Shown here piece after piece: positions 25,150 through 38,479 of a stretch of 64,000 nt of DNA. The DNA comes from Octopus bimaculoides. Taxonomy: Eukaryota. Position numbers and translations under genes: made by a program. The notes under the pieces were generated by a model. The model was not told the DNA's origin. It ran no database searches and saw only the letters and a program-made list of their open reading frames with translations. The DNA is taken from assembly GCF_001194135.2 (NCBI RefSeq), contig NC_068999.1, positions 7,532,978-7,596,977 on the forward strand, given 5' to 3'. Position 1 is the first letter of the stretch. Every line of letters begins with the position of its first letter.

Positions 25150-25300
25150 CATGTGATGGGCTTCCTCACACTTTCCGTCGACCAAATTCACCCCAAAGGC
25201 ACAAGTCGCCGCGAGGCTAGAAAAAACAGTTGACCATAGTGCCACGTATTGGGAGCGAACCGAAAACCACGCAGCTGCAAAGCGTGCTTCTTCACTACAG
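25150..25300 (-). mobile_element. SINE family B, degenerate 5' half
   Basis: gatgggcttc…tttccgtcgaccaaattcacc…gtgccacgtattggga…cactacagcc. Confidence 0.6.
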
Positions 25301-25799
25301 CCTGCGTGCGATTATGCATAAAGGACATTTCTCTCACTTTGCATTTATATATAGATTACAGCTCAACACGTAATTTAATTGCACATATGTTCCTACAAAC
25401 CCACTAACAGCGACCGAAAATACGGACACCAACACAATTATATTCTCCCTCTCTTTTTCCCTAGATGTGATTAGCTCGTTGCTTTCGTTCAATCGATATC
25501 TATTGTGTTAGTACTCGTCATCGCCTTCAACTTTGGCACAGTTCTGGGGAAACCTGATATTATATCTGATGTTTAATTCAATTTTGTGTGCGAGTTTTTC
25601 TTCGTAAGCGAATGTCAAATTAGTATATGCCTTGATCGGAGAAATCGTGTATATAAATTTTTCTTTGATCATGGGAATAATATAAAATGGCGAGCCACAA
25701 AGAGAAAAAAATATTTTATTATGGCCGTGTGAAAGATAAGGATTAAAAAAGTATACGATCATGTAATGAAACATATACATACATCCATCTATGCATCGT

Positions 25800-26181
25800 T
25801 TTATTCTTTTACTTGTTTCAGTCATTTGACTGCAGCCATGCTGGAGCACGGCCTTTAGTAGAACAAATCGACCCCAGGACTTATTGTTTGCAAGCCTAGT
25901 ACTTATTCTATCGGGGTCCTTTGTCGAACCGCTAGGTTACGTGCATGGAAACACACCAACATCGGTTGTCAAGCGATGGTGGGGGGAGAAATACAGACAC
26001 AAATACATACATACATACACACACACACATACATATATATACGACGGGCTTCTTCTAGTTTCCGTCTACAAAAAATCCGTTCACAAGGCATTGGTCGGCC
26101 CAAGGCTGTAGTTGAGACGCTTCCTCAAGGTTCCATGCGGTCGGACTGAACCCGGAACCATGTGGTTGGGAAGTAAGCTTC
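25800..26181 (-). mobile_element. SINE family B, near full length
   Basis: tRNA-like head (minus: …caaccacatggttccgggttcagtcc), central (CA/TA) tract, and tail gctccagcatggctgcagtcaaatgactgaaacaagtaaaagaataaaa. Confidence 0.9.
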
Positions 26182-27105
26182 TTTATTTCATAAATTGGCT
26201 CTGGAAGCCTTACATAGGAGGGAGAAACAAGGATAGACAAACATAGATGACGAAGAAGTTGGTTATTTTGAATGAAAAAAGTTGCGAATGATAAATTATA
26301 AATGTCATGCTGTTAAAAATTATATCTTTTTTTTTTCTTTTAAAAGTTTCAATATAAATTTGATGATCAACGCGAATTTTGCAATGTGTGACTGAAGGAA
26401 AGGCACCCAACCGCCAGGTTCGAACCTTTACTTTTCCTTCTGGCCCCCACTTACCTGGTTCCAGTCACTCGCAACTTGTTCACTACTTGGCTTCTATCAT
26501 TAGGGTGTACTTATGATTTAAAACGCCTTCCACCTTTCTATACTACGGTACAAAAAGTCACATCTATGTACGTGTGCTTGCTTGTGCGTGTGTGTAAACT
26601 CTCATTTTTAAGATGAGGATATCTGTAATAGGATGAGTTTATGCATCTAGATTGCAAAAGTTGCAGTATATTTATGTATAGCGTAATAGCTATACTCTTC
26701 ATTGAGTACAGATATTATACTCTTCATAATATCTATACGCTTCATTGTGTAGCTCTTATTTAAAGTGGCTTATGCAGAATTGATATATTACAAGCGTTAA
26801 TTCTTGAATAATTAAAGTAACATAAATTCTGCAAGGGATAGCTAAATGAAATGCATCATTACACCACAGAATTCAACGGAATTCATCTATTTTCGGTACA
26901 GTTTCCAACCAAAATTCGTCTCGACCTAACGTGAGGACATCCATCTTTTCCGTTTATCATTTATTCTCAAGTTTAAAAAAATGAAAGCATATAGCCTAAT
27001 ATTAAGGAATTATATTCAAACAATCGATTGATAGGTGTGAGGCAAACTTTTCAAACAAACAGCCAGCCATGCCAACATTTACATATGCAAAGTATATATA
27101 TATAT

Positions 27106-27298
27106 ATGGGAGAATATACAAATAATAACAACAGACGAGGACAGGTGGTGTAAATAACAAAAGTATATATTAGTTTGACGCTCGGGAATACGGAAAGTCT
27201 TTGACGTTTCGAGCTACGCTCTTCAACAGAAAGAATACGGAGACAAGGAGAAAAACACGGAGAAAAAAAAATTGAATAGTGTTCAGTCAACGGTCAAT
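27106..27298 (-). mobile_element. About 190-bp PLE pLTR/retrozyme-like element with a hammerhead-like motif (27198-27234)
   Basis: Minus strand: TCTTT-CTGTTGA-A-GAGC-GTA-GCTC-GAAA-CGT-C-AAAGA, with perfect stem I and stem II. Confidence 0.75.
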
Positions 27299-28296
27299 CT
27301 GAATATATATATTGATAAACATTGCGACTGTGGTTGACTTTCACGTGGTAAAAATGTCGAGATAGTTGGTACATAAATTAGTTGTAAGATTGTTACATAA
27401 TTTCATTATAACATTGTAGTGTGGTTTAATCATTTAATTAATGATAGTAATCAATAGCTTCTCTTTCCAATCGGGAATACCTCTTTAATGAGAACGTATC
27501 TGATTCGATACCAAGAATATTCCACTTGTGTACCCTCTTCTTGGTTCAACATGATATTACTTGTGAAAATTAAAATACTGTAATAAATCTCCACCGCTAT
27601 CGAGTTTCGCAAACACGAATGCTTATAATACTTGTGGGGAAAATCAAACATACACTCGAAAGAAACTGTAAGAATGTTACAGAAATACTTTCATTATTGG
27701 AAATAAATATGACTGTTTTGGAAAACCGTTAGAATGACAGATGAAATTCCTTGGGGTATTGCTTACTATTTCTCTTATTATGGATTGGTACAATTTCATC
27801 GATTTAAATGGATAAAAGGAAGCGAAGTTGACCTCAACAGGATTTTATCTTGAACTACCGAAGCTCGAAAGCGATATCTTGGGGCATCCTATCCATCACT
27901 TTAATGATTTTACCAATACATCGTTGTATTTGTGTTCTGGAAATCGTAATATCAAATATATATTTTAAGCATTCGAATACCAGCTACTGTAATACAACGA
28001 CACACACTTCACTCTTTCTGTCGCTTGTTCCTCAAATAGAAATAATACATACGTATATACATACATATATGCATACATAAAAACATATATATATATATAT
28101 ATGCATGCTTACATACATACATACATACATACATACAAAACGCAAATTCTTAATTCATAACGATATTTGGGACTATACAAATCTGCAAGACCTTAGCTTT
28201 AAAGGACATTGGTTAAAAGAAGATGGTTTCATTCACAAACTTGCTACCAAGTAAGTGACCGGTCAAAGTTTGCTCTAAATTAAAAAGAGAACATTT

Positions 28297-28350
<54 letters not shown>

Positions 28351-28402
28351 NNNNNNNNNNNNNNNNNNNNNNNNNNNNNNNNNNNNNNNNNNNNNNNNNN
28401 NN

Positions 28403-28435
<33 letters not shown>

Positions 28436-28929
28436 AAGACCTAGATGGCCTGAGTGATTTCCATATAGTGAGTGTTCGTGTGTGTGTCTCCCATGTTAAA
28501 CGCTTTGTCGTCAAAGAAAGAAAAAAAATGAGAACAGTTTTTCGGATATTGAGTTAAGTGGATCCGATAAAGATCGTGACCCAATGAATTGATGAATGCG
28601 GCAGTAGTAAAAGACAAGAAGATTACTGCACCAATTGCTAATATACTAGATATTTGAAAAGTATTTGAAGACGAGTGTGTATCATGAATTTTTCAGCGCA
28701 CAATACGAAGTATTTGTGAAGGCTATTTGTGAATGTATACGTCCGCAGCAATTTATATACTTTACTACATGAATGTGGAAAGAAAATAGCTTAGAGCAGT
28801 AGAATGAAAGGTAATAATAAATTGAAAGAAAATATCAAGTCTACTTGTGGTAGTATTTCTCAAAATATCTGCTCAGTAATCAGTATTTCCAGTTCCGACA
28901 GCTGAGGCAACACAAAAGAGTAACATTTT

Positions 28930-29320
28930 GAAATATGGCCGTTGCAATGGAAGAACTGCAGCGGCAAAAAGTAAAAGAAATTTTTATGTATTTGAAATGT
29001 GGAAGCTTGATAAAGGACACTGAAAGGAGTTATGACTGATATGATACAATCGAACTATAGCAGCCTGCGTATGGGTTTTGTTGTTATGTGAAAGAAATAT
29101 TCAATATATATCATGAAGAACGAAGAAAAAAGTTAGTGATTGATGGAGAGGAAAATTCATTTTCTGAGCTGGATTCGAAAACATTATTCCTTCAAAATAC
29201 AGAGAGCTTTCCTAGAGTGAATAATGGAAATGGGAGATACTTCATTCAAGAATATAAATAAAGCCTTGAAATCACCAGATCAGAAAGCGAACGGTGTAGT
29301 TGATTATACACTGCTTATTA
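28930..29320 (+). pseudogene. Highly decayed LINE APE-endonuclease fragment
   Basis: GDTSFKNINKALKSPDQKANGVVDYTLL resembles the APE motif NT.F.HK.IHK.TW.SPDG..NQIDYIL; many stops and frameshifts. Confidence 0.35.
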
Positions 29321-30034
29321 TGTATTATTTATCTGGGATGTTAGTGTCTCACAATTTTGATATGCGGTGATTAAATGCTACAGTCGGTTGTCGTTTTGCT
29401 ATACAATTATATCTTCCAACTGCATTACAATTCTTTTTAAGCACATATAAGAGGAACATTCATATAGTGTTACTGATAAAAATGTCGTGTTTTATTTTTC
29501 ATCAGGGTTTTCCATTCACTTCATGTAATGCATGCATGTTGCCAACTGAACATACGGAATCCACAACACACATGATTTTCAACCACTTCATCATACAATT
29601 TTAAATGGTTGTGCAAAGGAAATTAATCTTCACATCTGCGCACAAAACCAGTGTTAAATTTTAAAGAAAAGCCACTAATAGAATATTGGAACCGCAAAGG
29701 GAATATCAGGTACACATAATAATGGATTAGAAAAGGAAATTTGAAGCAACGTATTACAGAGATAAAAGAGGCGACTTAGTTTTATGGCAAGATAGTTTCA
29801 TGTTATGAAAGAGTTTATGCAGAATACACAAAGATGGAAAAAACAATGGTAGAAACTAAATTAATTCGGTTATAATAGCGTTGTATTCTGTCGGTCAATC
29901 ATGTATCAACTGGTGAGACACACATAAATAGAAAGAGATTTCGTGGTGTTCTGAAGCTTTCTGCGTAACATTTCCCAAACACTGCTTAAATACATGTATG
30001 TGCACGCGTGAATATTCATTTGCAAATGGTTTCA

Positions 30035-30437
30035 GATTTCGAGGGAAGGGGTAGGTTAAGTGGATTACATTAAATCCAAGTGCTTTGCTGGTTCTTATTT
30101 TATCGATCCCGAAAAGAAGAGAGGCAAAGTACAGACGGAAGAAATATCGTTTTCTACTCTAGGCACAAGGCCTGAAATTTCGTTGGAGGGGGCTAGTTGA
30201 TTAGATCGACCCCAGTACTGGTACTGGCAACTGATACTTAATTTATCAATCCCGAAATGATGAAAGGCGAAGTCGACCTCCGCGGAATTTGAACTCAGAA
30301 CGTAAAGACAGACGAAATACCACCAGGCATATCGCCCGGCGTGCTCACGTTTCTACCAGCTCGCTGACTTCATGCGGAAGAAATGTCGTAAAGCACTTTG
30401 AACGGCGCGGTAACTATTGTACCAACGCGTCACCTTG
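30035..30437 (-). mobile_element. SINE family A nested in an older family A copy
   Basis: The younger copy (30151-30374) is flanked by CGGAAGAAAT(A/G)TCGT at 30136-30150 and 30375-30389; the older copy continues on both sides. Confidence 0.85.
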
Positions 30438-30454
30438 CGTATTTGTATAATTCT

Positions 30455-30680
30455 TGTCTATTATAGACACAAGGCCTGGATTTTTTTTTTGGTCTTTATT
30501 TGGTGGTAGTAGAGGATTATATCGACTTCATTGCTTGACTGGAACTTATTTTATCGACCCCGAAAGAATGATAGGTAAAGTTAACCCCCGCGGTATTTGA
30601 ACTCAGAACGTAAAGACGGAAGCAATGCCACAAAACATTTGGAATGGTAAATTAAGAAATGTTCCAGCTTGACGCCTTGT
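30455..30680 (-). mobile_element. SINE family A, degenerate copy
   Basis: gacacaaggcctg…atcgaccccgaaagaatga…tttgaactcagaacgtaaagacgg. Confidence 0.75.
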
Positions 30681-30972
30681 GGATTTGTATAATTAAAAAA
30701 TGACTTAAGAAATTCCAATCTTGTGTCGAGAAATTTACAATTTGCAAAATTAGTTTAGCTATTTCTATTATCTAGTTTATGATTTATTCCTGTTTTATTT
30801 AATTATTTTATGTTGGCATTTTAATTCTCTTTGTAAGCTTGAAAGTGAGGTATTTCTCTCCGTTGCTGGGGGTGTCATTAAACCACGAAACATGATCAGA
30901 ATAATCTCTTTCATTTTCGTATCTATCTTTATTTTTTCTTCGGGCCAAGCTTTATATATATATGTATGTATC

Positions 30973-31349
30973 GTGGCACTCCGTCGCTGACGACGACGAA
31001 GGTTCCAGTTGATCCGATCAACGGAACAGCCTGCTCGTGAAATTAACGTGCAAATGGCTGAGCACTTCACAGACACGTGTACTCTTAACGTAGTATTCGG
31101 GGAGAATCAGCGTGACACAGAGTGTGACAAGGCTGGCCCTTTGAAAATACATGTGCAACAGAAACAAAAATAGGGAGTAAACGTTGTGGTGAAAGAATAC
31201 AGCAGGGTTCGCCACCACCCACTGCCAGTGTTTCGTGGAGATTTAGGTATTTTCGCTCAATAAGCACTCACAACGATCCGTCTGGGAATCGAAACAGTGA
31301 TTCTAGGACCGCGTGTCCGCTGCCCTAACCACTAAGCCATTGCGCCCCC
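30973..31349 (-). mobile_element. SINE family C, full length, tRNA-derived head
   Basis: Minus strand starts GGGGCGCAATGGCTTAGTGGTTAGGGCAGCGGACACGCGGTC…GTTTCGATTCC, giving A box TGGCTTAGTGG and B box GTTTCGATTCC. It resembles the tRNA-Arg-derived SINEs reported from octopus (from recall). Confidence 0.9.
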
Positions 31350-31896
31350 CCACACACACACACAATATATAAACTCAAAGACGTGATAAACAAGGGAGGT
31401 AATTAAAATGAGAGAAGGCCGTAGGTGTAGAATATTCAATAAAAGTGTATTTTGCAAAATGTACAAAATATTCTTCTAAGGAAAAGAGGACTAAGAAATT
31501 TGAATCAAGAATTACGCATGCCCCGCTTGAGGTACGCTTCAGTTACATAATATTTTCTGCCTACACCATAGGAGAATTGCATTCAGCTAATTGTACTGCA
31601 TTCCTTATATCAGTCTTGTATATTTGGCAAAGAGAAAATCATCATAGCGTATGAAACGTACCAAAGTATATTACATATGCTATGTAAACTATGGAAGTTG
31701 CCAGCGTAGATCTTTCCGCTAGGATAAAACCGTTATGTGTTTGAAGTTCTGGAATTATGATATTTCCAAAGTCTTCCGTCTTCTCGTGAATATGGCTGTG
31801 TAGAGCATTTCTACAAAGATGAATAATATTATGAAATACTCTAGTGTCCATGTTCATTGCGGTTTTTATGATATTCTATATGACTAGTATAATAAT

Positions 31897-32110
31897 TCTT
31901 TCTACCATAGGCACAAGGCCTGAAACTTTTGTGGAGGAGGATAATGGATTATATTGACCGCCGTGTTCGATTGGTACTTATTTAATCAAACCCAAAAGGA
32001 CGAAAGGCAAGAGCAACCTCAGTGGAATATGAATTCAGAACGTAAAGACGGATGAAATACCGCTAAGCATTTTATCCGGCGTGCAGGCGATTCCGGCAAC
32101 TCACCGCCTT
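31897..32110 (-). mobile_element. SINE family A, degenerate full-length copy
   Basis: ggcacaaggcctgaaac…aaaggacgaaaggcaag…cagaacgtaaagacggatgaaataccgctaagcatt…caccgcctt. Confidence 0.8.
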
Positions 32111-33300
32111 ATATGGCTTGTATAATAATACCCCCTTATAAGTGGAATCCTTTTTTTCGTTGCTAATCTTATGATATAAGAATGTGTTATTTGATATCTT
32201 CATTCGCCTTTTGTATCAGCGTAAGATGGTGACTTAAGGAAACCTGCTAAGATTAGACGATTTCAAAATCTTTATTTTAATGTCTTAAAATAGCAAAAAT
32301 CATTGTTCTTTTCAGAATGCAACCTCACATTTTGGTTTGCATTTTCGAAAGTTTCATTGCATTATTTTCAAATGTCTTGTCACACAAAAATCACTAGAAC
32401 TCTCTCATTACTGATTGGATAAATAAAATTAATTTTCTTCAAATAATATTGTAAATCTTGCCTACATATTTCTCATTAGCTTCGCGAGCTCATTTACAGA
32501 AAATTAATGAGCTCTACTCCAAATTCAATATCGCTATAACATGACAACTATACTACATAAAACGATGTCTTCAAAGTCATGCTAATGAACTTAAATAATT
32601 CAAAATCGTAATTACATTACAATATTGTACTAATCCCAGTATTGCAATATTCCCTTACTTTTGTTTCCATCGATATCAAAGATAGCGCAAAGAAATATAC
32701 GAGAAAAAACATTAGTAAACACGAAAGAAAATTTCCTTTACAAATCATGATACATCTATTGAAGAGGTAATAAATGAAAAAAAACGCTACATTTCAACCA
32801 CCTCCCAAGAATTATCACTCAAAATGATACGCACTATTTTATTGAACATAGTGTTATATACATATATACATAAATATGTACACATATACATATATATCCA
32901 TCAATCCATGCATCCATCCATATATACATATATATATATATATGCTTAGTGTTCTTTCCTAGGGATATATTATCCAAGCGTACCCTAGTTTAGCACTCTA
33001 TCCATTAACGGCACTGGAAATTTTAATGTGCATATGTACTAGTGTTTATCATTGGTTCTTCTTCAGTATTAGTACCTTACAATTCTGAAATTCCAGTTGT
33101 CTATATACAGATTTCCTTCGTTTTCGGTATATGACGAAAAGTTTTAAAATTCAAAGAAAACGGAGAATACAGTCATAGAGTAATCAATATATTATCATAG
33201 TCCAGTAAAATTAATAAGTTCATTCATATTGTCTACACTGCGTTTCGGCTGATTGTTGTCATTCATATTTACTCATTTAGTAAATCTAAATAAGTAAATA

Positions 33301-33391
33301 TGGCAAATTTTCTCGACGCAAAGTTCACATCTTTTATTCCCAATGCTATAAGATTTTGCTCGGCTAAACTTTGCGTCGACAAAATTTACCA
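33301..33391. repeat. Inverted repeat with 25-bp arms (23/25) and a 41-nt spacer
   Basis: TGGCAAATTTTCTCGACGCAAAGTT (33301-33325) and AACTTTGCGTCGACAAAATTTACCA (33367-33391). Confidence 0.85.
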
Positions 33392-33753
33392 GATTCTTAT
33401 ATAAACATGCAATAATATCACCAAAATTCCAATATCTGAGCTACCTCATCCCAAAACTTGGAGATGTAATCTAGAGTATGCGATAGAATCCATGACTTTC
33501 TGGAAAGGGCAAGAACCCTATGCTATATCATAATAGGGTTGGCCTAAATAACTGCATCTATATTCCCAAAATATCTTATATCTCGCCAAATTTTAAGCAG
33601 ATCTCATCGACGGAATAAAAAAAATGACTTAGAAACTATAAAAACACATTCATATACAAAATCGCATGCAAGCAGTAAATGTTTACGTGAGTCTGGTAAC
33701 ATAATTATTTTAGAGATGACATGCGAGATAAAAACAAAGCAAGACAAAAGCAA

Positions 33754-33939
33754 CACCATCGCTTGACAACCGATGCTGGTGTATTTACGTCACCGTAACT
33801 TAGCGGTTCGGCAAAAGGGACCGATAGAATAAGTACTAGGCTTACAAAGAATAAGTCCTGATTTCAATTTTTCGACTAAAGTCGGTGCTCCAGCATGGTC
33901 GCAGTTATATGACTGGAACAATTAAAAGAATAAAAGAAT
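33754..33939 (+). mobile_element. SINE family B, 3' half
   Basis: catcgcttgacaaccgatgctggtg…gcggttcggcaaaag…ggtgctccagcatggtcgcag…aaagaataaaaga. Confidence 0.85.
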
Positions 33940-35610
33940 TACTGAGTCAAATATAATGCGTATTTATAATGCTCAATCAGTCATGCATTTTTTTTTGTAG
34001 CTTTGAGATTTTAATGATGTGTTTGTCTATTTTAATAATGGCATTTTAGAACAGGTGTGAGAGGCGGTATCTGTCTAGTTTGAATATAAAACACGTAGAG
34101 TATTTCGCCCGTGAATACCCAATATAAATGCTAATGGGTTAAGAAATTCGAACACAAAATGAAATTAGAATTCAACCGAAACATATTAAACATGACGTTT
34201 CATTTAACCTAAACACTTCGAAAAATTATGCATTCAGAAAACCTACGAAGTCCTGTGATGAAACAGCTTGAATAAGATTAACAGATAAATCTTAGATTAA
34301 TATGCAAATTAAAAACACGTATCAATGAAGAAGTAGGAGAATAACGACAAACAATTCCAATGATAGACAAACCAACAAACCCTTATATAAGACATAATAT
34401 GCACCGTCTAATATGTCATAAAAGCCGACTTGTCACAGTTCTCGCCTCGACAGCGCAGTAGCGTGAAACTTGAGTCACGAATTCAGAAATTCGGCTTAAT
34501 TAAATCATGTGATGTTTTGAAATTAAATGTAAATATTTAAACAAAAAAGAAAACTTCATTTAAATGAGGATGAAAAAGCTGTAACATTTTACATAAGCGC
34601 CCAGCTCTGAGAGAATATTTCCTGATAACATAAGCAACTGTATGATGATGATGCAAATAGTTACATAATTTCTATTCTTTGCCATTTATTAAATGTTATA
34701 ATGTCCTTGATGTGATAAAGTATAAATGTATCGAGTTTTAACAAATATTTATTAGTATCGCTATACCTGAGCGGAATCATTATATATATGCATGTATGTA
34801 TATATATGTATGTATGCATGTATGTATATATATATATATATATGCATGTATGTATATGTATTTATAATATCAATGTATGTGTATGTATGCATTTATATGT
34901 ATGTATATGTATATATGTATATATACAGAGACACATCCTCATATATATCTATATATGTGTGTATACATGAGCGTGTGTTTTTTCGTGTAATTGTGTCTGT
35001 CTCTAGATATGTGTATCCGTGCGCATAANNNNNNNNNNNNNNNNNNNNNNNNNNNNNNNNNNNNNNNNNNNNNNNNNNNNNNNNNNNNNNNNNNNNNNNN
35101 NNNNNNNNNNNNNNNNNNNNNNNNNNNNNNNNNNNNNNNNNNNNNNNNNNNNNNNNNNNNNNNNNNNNNNNNNNNNNNNNNNNNNNNNNNNNNNNNNNNN
35201 NNNNNNNNNNNNNNNNNNNNNNNNNNNNNNNNNNNNNNNNNNNNNNNNNNNNNNNNNNNNNNNNNNNNNNNNNNNNNNNNNNNNNNNNNNNNNNNNNNNN
35301 NNNNNNNNNNNNNNNNNNNNNNNNNNNNNNNNNNNNNNNNNNNNNNNNNNNNNNNNNNNNNNNNNNNNNNNNNNNNNNNNNNNNNNNNNNNNNNNNNNNN
35401 NNNNNNNNNNNNNNNNNNNNNNNNNNNNNNNNNNNNNNNNNNNNNNNNNNNNNNNNNNATATCATATATGTATACATATATACTTATATGTATTTATATA
35501 TATATAAATATATATATATTTATATATATACATATTTATATATACATATATACATATATACATATATATATATATACATACATTCATACATACATACATA
35601 CATACATACA

Positions 35611-35641
<31 letters not shown>

Positions 35642-36302
35642 TAAATACTCTGAATATGTAAGCGAGCTGCGACGTCGCTTAACTTATATCCATCCACACT
35701 CGTAGAAATATAAGTAGAATTCACAGCTTTCTTTTATACCCACGTATAGTGTGTCAGTTGCCAGTTGTTATGTTATGTTCACCACGTGGGATCCTTATTT
35801 AGGTCCGTCACATAAAAGACACACGGTACTTGTGTGAGACATACAAGATACATAGAGATCCAGCGAGATGCAGAGAGTGAGAGAGATAGAGTGAGTGTGC
35901 GAGTGAGAGAAAGAAAGAGAGAGATTGAGAAAGATATACAGAGAAGTAGGAAGAGTAGATGAGTCGGGGAGAGAGAGAATGTGTGGAGCTGTGGTTGATC
36001 ATGTGTGTCCAAACTATATTCGTTTCATTGCACATAGAATCAAACTGTAAAGAACAGCAAAGGACCCACAATCTCTCGAATGCATAATTTAGATTTTTGT
36101 TGCTATATTTTAAAATTCAAATGATATTATTTCGCTTTAAATTTAAAATTTAAAAATATAATCAATATTTTGTAAACACCATTTTACATCTAAGTGTGTT
36201 TAATTTTAATGTGAGACGGCCATTAACTCTCTGTTATATTTTCTTCAATTTATTCATGCTATATTCCTTGGCTGCCACATAGCTAAATCATCATCATCAT
36301 CA

Positions 36303-36346
<44 letters not shown>

Positions 36347-37138
36347 ATATTTTTTTCTGAAATAGATTAACGAAGTCAAATTTTAAGTAGATATAAACCA
36401 AGATTTATTGGCAATAATTTCACGAAAAATATATGTAACGGTGCAGTATAAAAGCAAGTGAAGACTTATTATAAATAAAACTTTATAGATTGAGAGAGAT
36501 TTGATTGATAATAAAAGTTCCTTAACATAATAGCTATTAAACTGGATCAAAANNNNNNNNNNNNNNNNNNNNNNNNNNNNNNNNNNNNNNNNNNNNNNNN
36601 NNNNNNNNNNNNNNNNNNNNNNNNNNNNNNNNNNNNNNNNNNNNNNNNNNNNNNNNNNNNNNNNNNNNNNNNNNNNNNNNNNNNNNNNNNNNNNNNNNNN
36701 NNNNNNNNNNNNNNNNNNNNNNNNNNNNNNNNNNNNNNNNNNNNNNNNNNNNNNNNNNNNNNNNNNNNNNNNNNNNNNNNNNNNNNNNNNNNNNNNNNNN
36801 NNNNNNNNNNNNNNNNNNNNNNNNNNNNNNNNNNNNNNNNNNNNNNNNNNNNNNNNNNNNNNNNNNNNNNNNNNNNNNNNNNNNNNNNNNNNNNNNNNNN
36901 NNNNNNNNNNNNNNNNNNNNNNNNNNNNNNNNNNNNNNNNNNNNNNNNNNNNNNNNNNNNNNNNNNNNNNNNNNNNNNNNNNNNNNNNNNNNNNNNNNNN
37001 NNNNNNNNNNNNNNNNNNNNNNNNNNNNNNNNNNNNNNNNNNNNNNNNNNNNNNNNNNNNNNNNNNNNNNNNNNNNNNNNNNNNNNNNNNNNNNNNNNNN
37101 NNNNNNNNNNNNNNNNNNNNNNNNNNNNNNNNNNNNNN

Positions 37139-37170
<32 letters not shown>

Positions 37171-37908
37171 TATATACATACATAAATATACTCGTGCGTG
37201 TGTAGGCATTTATATATATGTATATATATATGTGTGTATAATGTGTAATATATGTGTGTGTGTGTATGTATCTATGTGTGTATCTATGTATATATCAATG
37301 TATGCATGTAAACACGAATACGTATGAATGTCTGTATATGCGTGCCTGACTTTTGTGAAACCTTTAATTTTGTATGAAAGAGTTAGGAAATTCTGAGTCT
37401 TTATTTCTAATTCTTCATGTCGTCCTTCACTGCCCCTAAGAGATAAATCAATTTACTACGTTAACAACATTTTCTTTCATTTATTTTACTTGCGTCTTTG
37501 CTGATGATATCGATGTAACACTAAGCTATTACCTTTAATTTTCAAAGCTTACGAGTTTGTGTTCCAACAGAAGTAGCAAATAATTAGACATTTAAAGGGA
37601 GATAAAAACAGCTGATTAGCCTTCTCTGTTGCATATAGGATAATTTATTTATCTAAACATTTTACATATCAAAAAGCTATTATTTCGTAAGTTAATCCTC
37701 GATATTTAAAAGCTGCTATTTTATTCGTCATACTACATATTTAAATGCTATTTCACCGGTCACTCTATTTATGTTAAATACCACAACTGACATCTAACTG
37801 TGTAAATATCTCAACAACAGCTTCAAAATTCGCTTCAAAATTTCTAAATGTCTTTGCCGATGCCAATAACAAATTTGCCATGATTGTCAAAAAAAAAAAA
37901 AAATCTGC

Positions 37909-38100
37909 AGGCGCTGGAGTGGCTGTGTGGTAAGGCCCCGAAATGTTGGGGGAGGGAGCCAGCCGATTAGATCGACCCCAGTACGTAACTAATACTTAAT
38001 TTATCGACCCCGAATGGATGAAAGGCAAAGTAAACCTCGGCGGAATTTGAGGTCAGAACGTAACGGCAGACGAAATCCCGTTAAGCATTTCTCTCGCCTT
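37909..38100. mobile_element. Chimera: 26-nt family B head (+) fused to a family A copy (-)
   Basis: aggcgctggagtggctgtgtggtAAG joins AAGgccccgaaatgttggggg…; the A head is internally deleted. Confidence 0.75.
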
Positions 38101-38479
38101 AATAATCGATGATAATTACTTCCAAAATTTATGACATGTTACGTGTCTATATATTTGTATTAGAAGAATCAACGAGCTAGCAGAACCATTAACGGTAGAA
38201 TAACGCACCAGGTTAGTACAAGAGTCGATGTAATCTACTTACCCACTCTCCATAAAATCTCTGGTTTTCTGCCAAAATTTCAAAGGATATATTTGGATTA
38301 GACTTTTCCCTACATAAACAAACATTTGCATATATACAATCTATTAATACAGATTATAAACACAAAAGTCTGTTAGGTAAATTACCAACGTTTTGCAAGT
38401 CTCGTTCAACAGTATGTCACCAGTTCAACCACAGTTATTACATTGTTTTTTCCTAATTGACTGATAAACACAAACTGAG

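Noticed and set aside
31270-31349. tRNA-like sequence with A and B boxes
   Set aside because: It continues directly into a repeated SINE body and lacks a proper acceptor-stem 3' half, so it is a SINE head, not a tRNA gene.
32430-32850. Possible second PLE RT relic (LTFVSIDIKD)
   Set aside because: Only one short motif amid many stops; too weak to annotate without a profile search.
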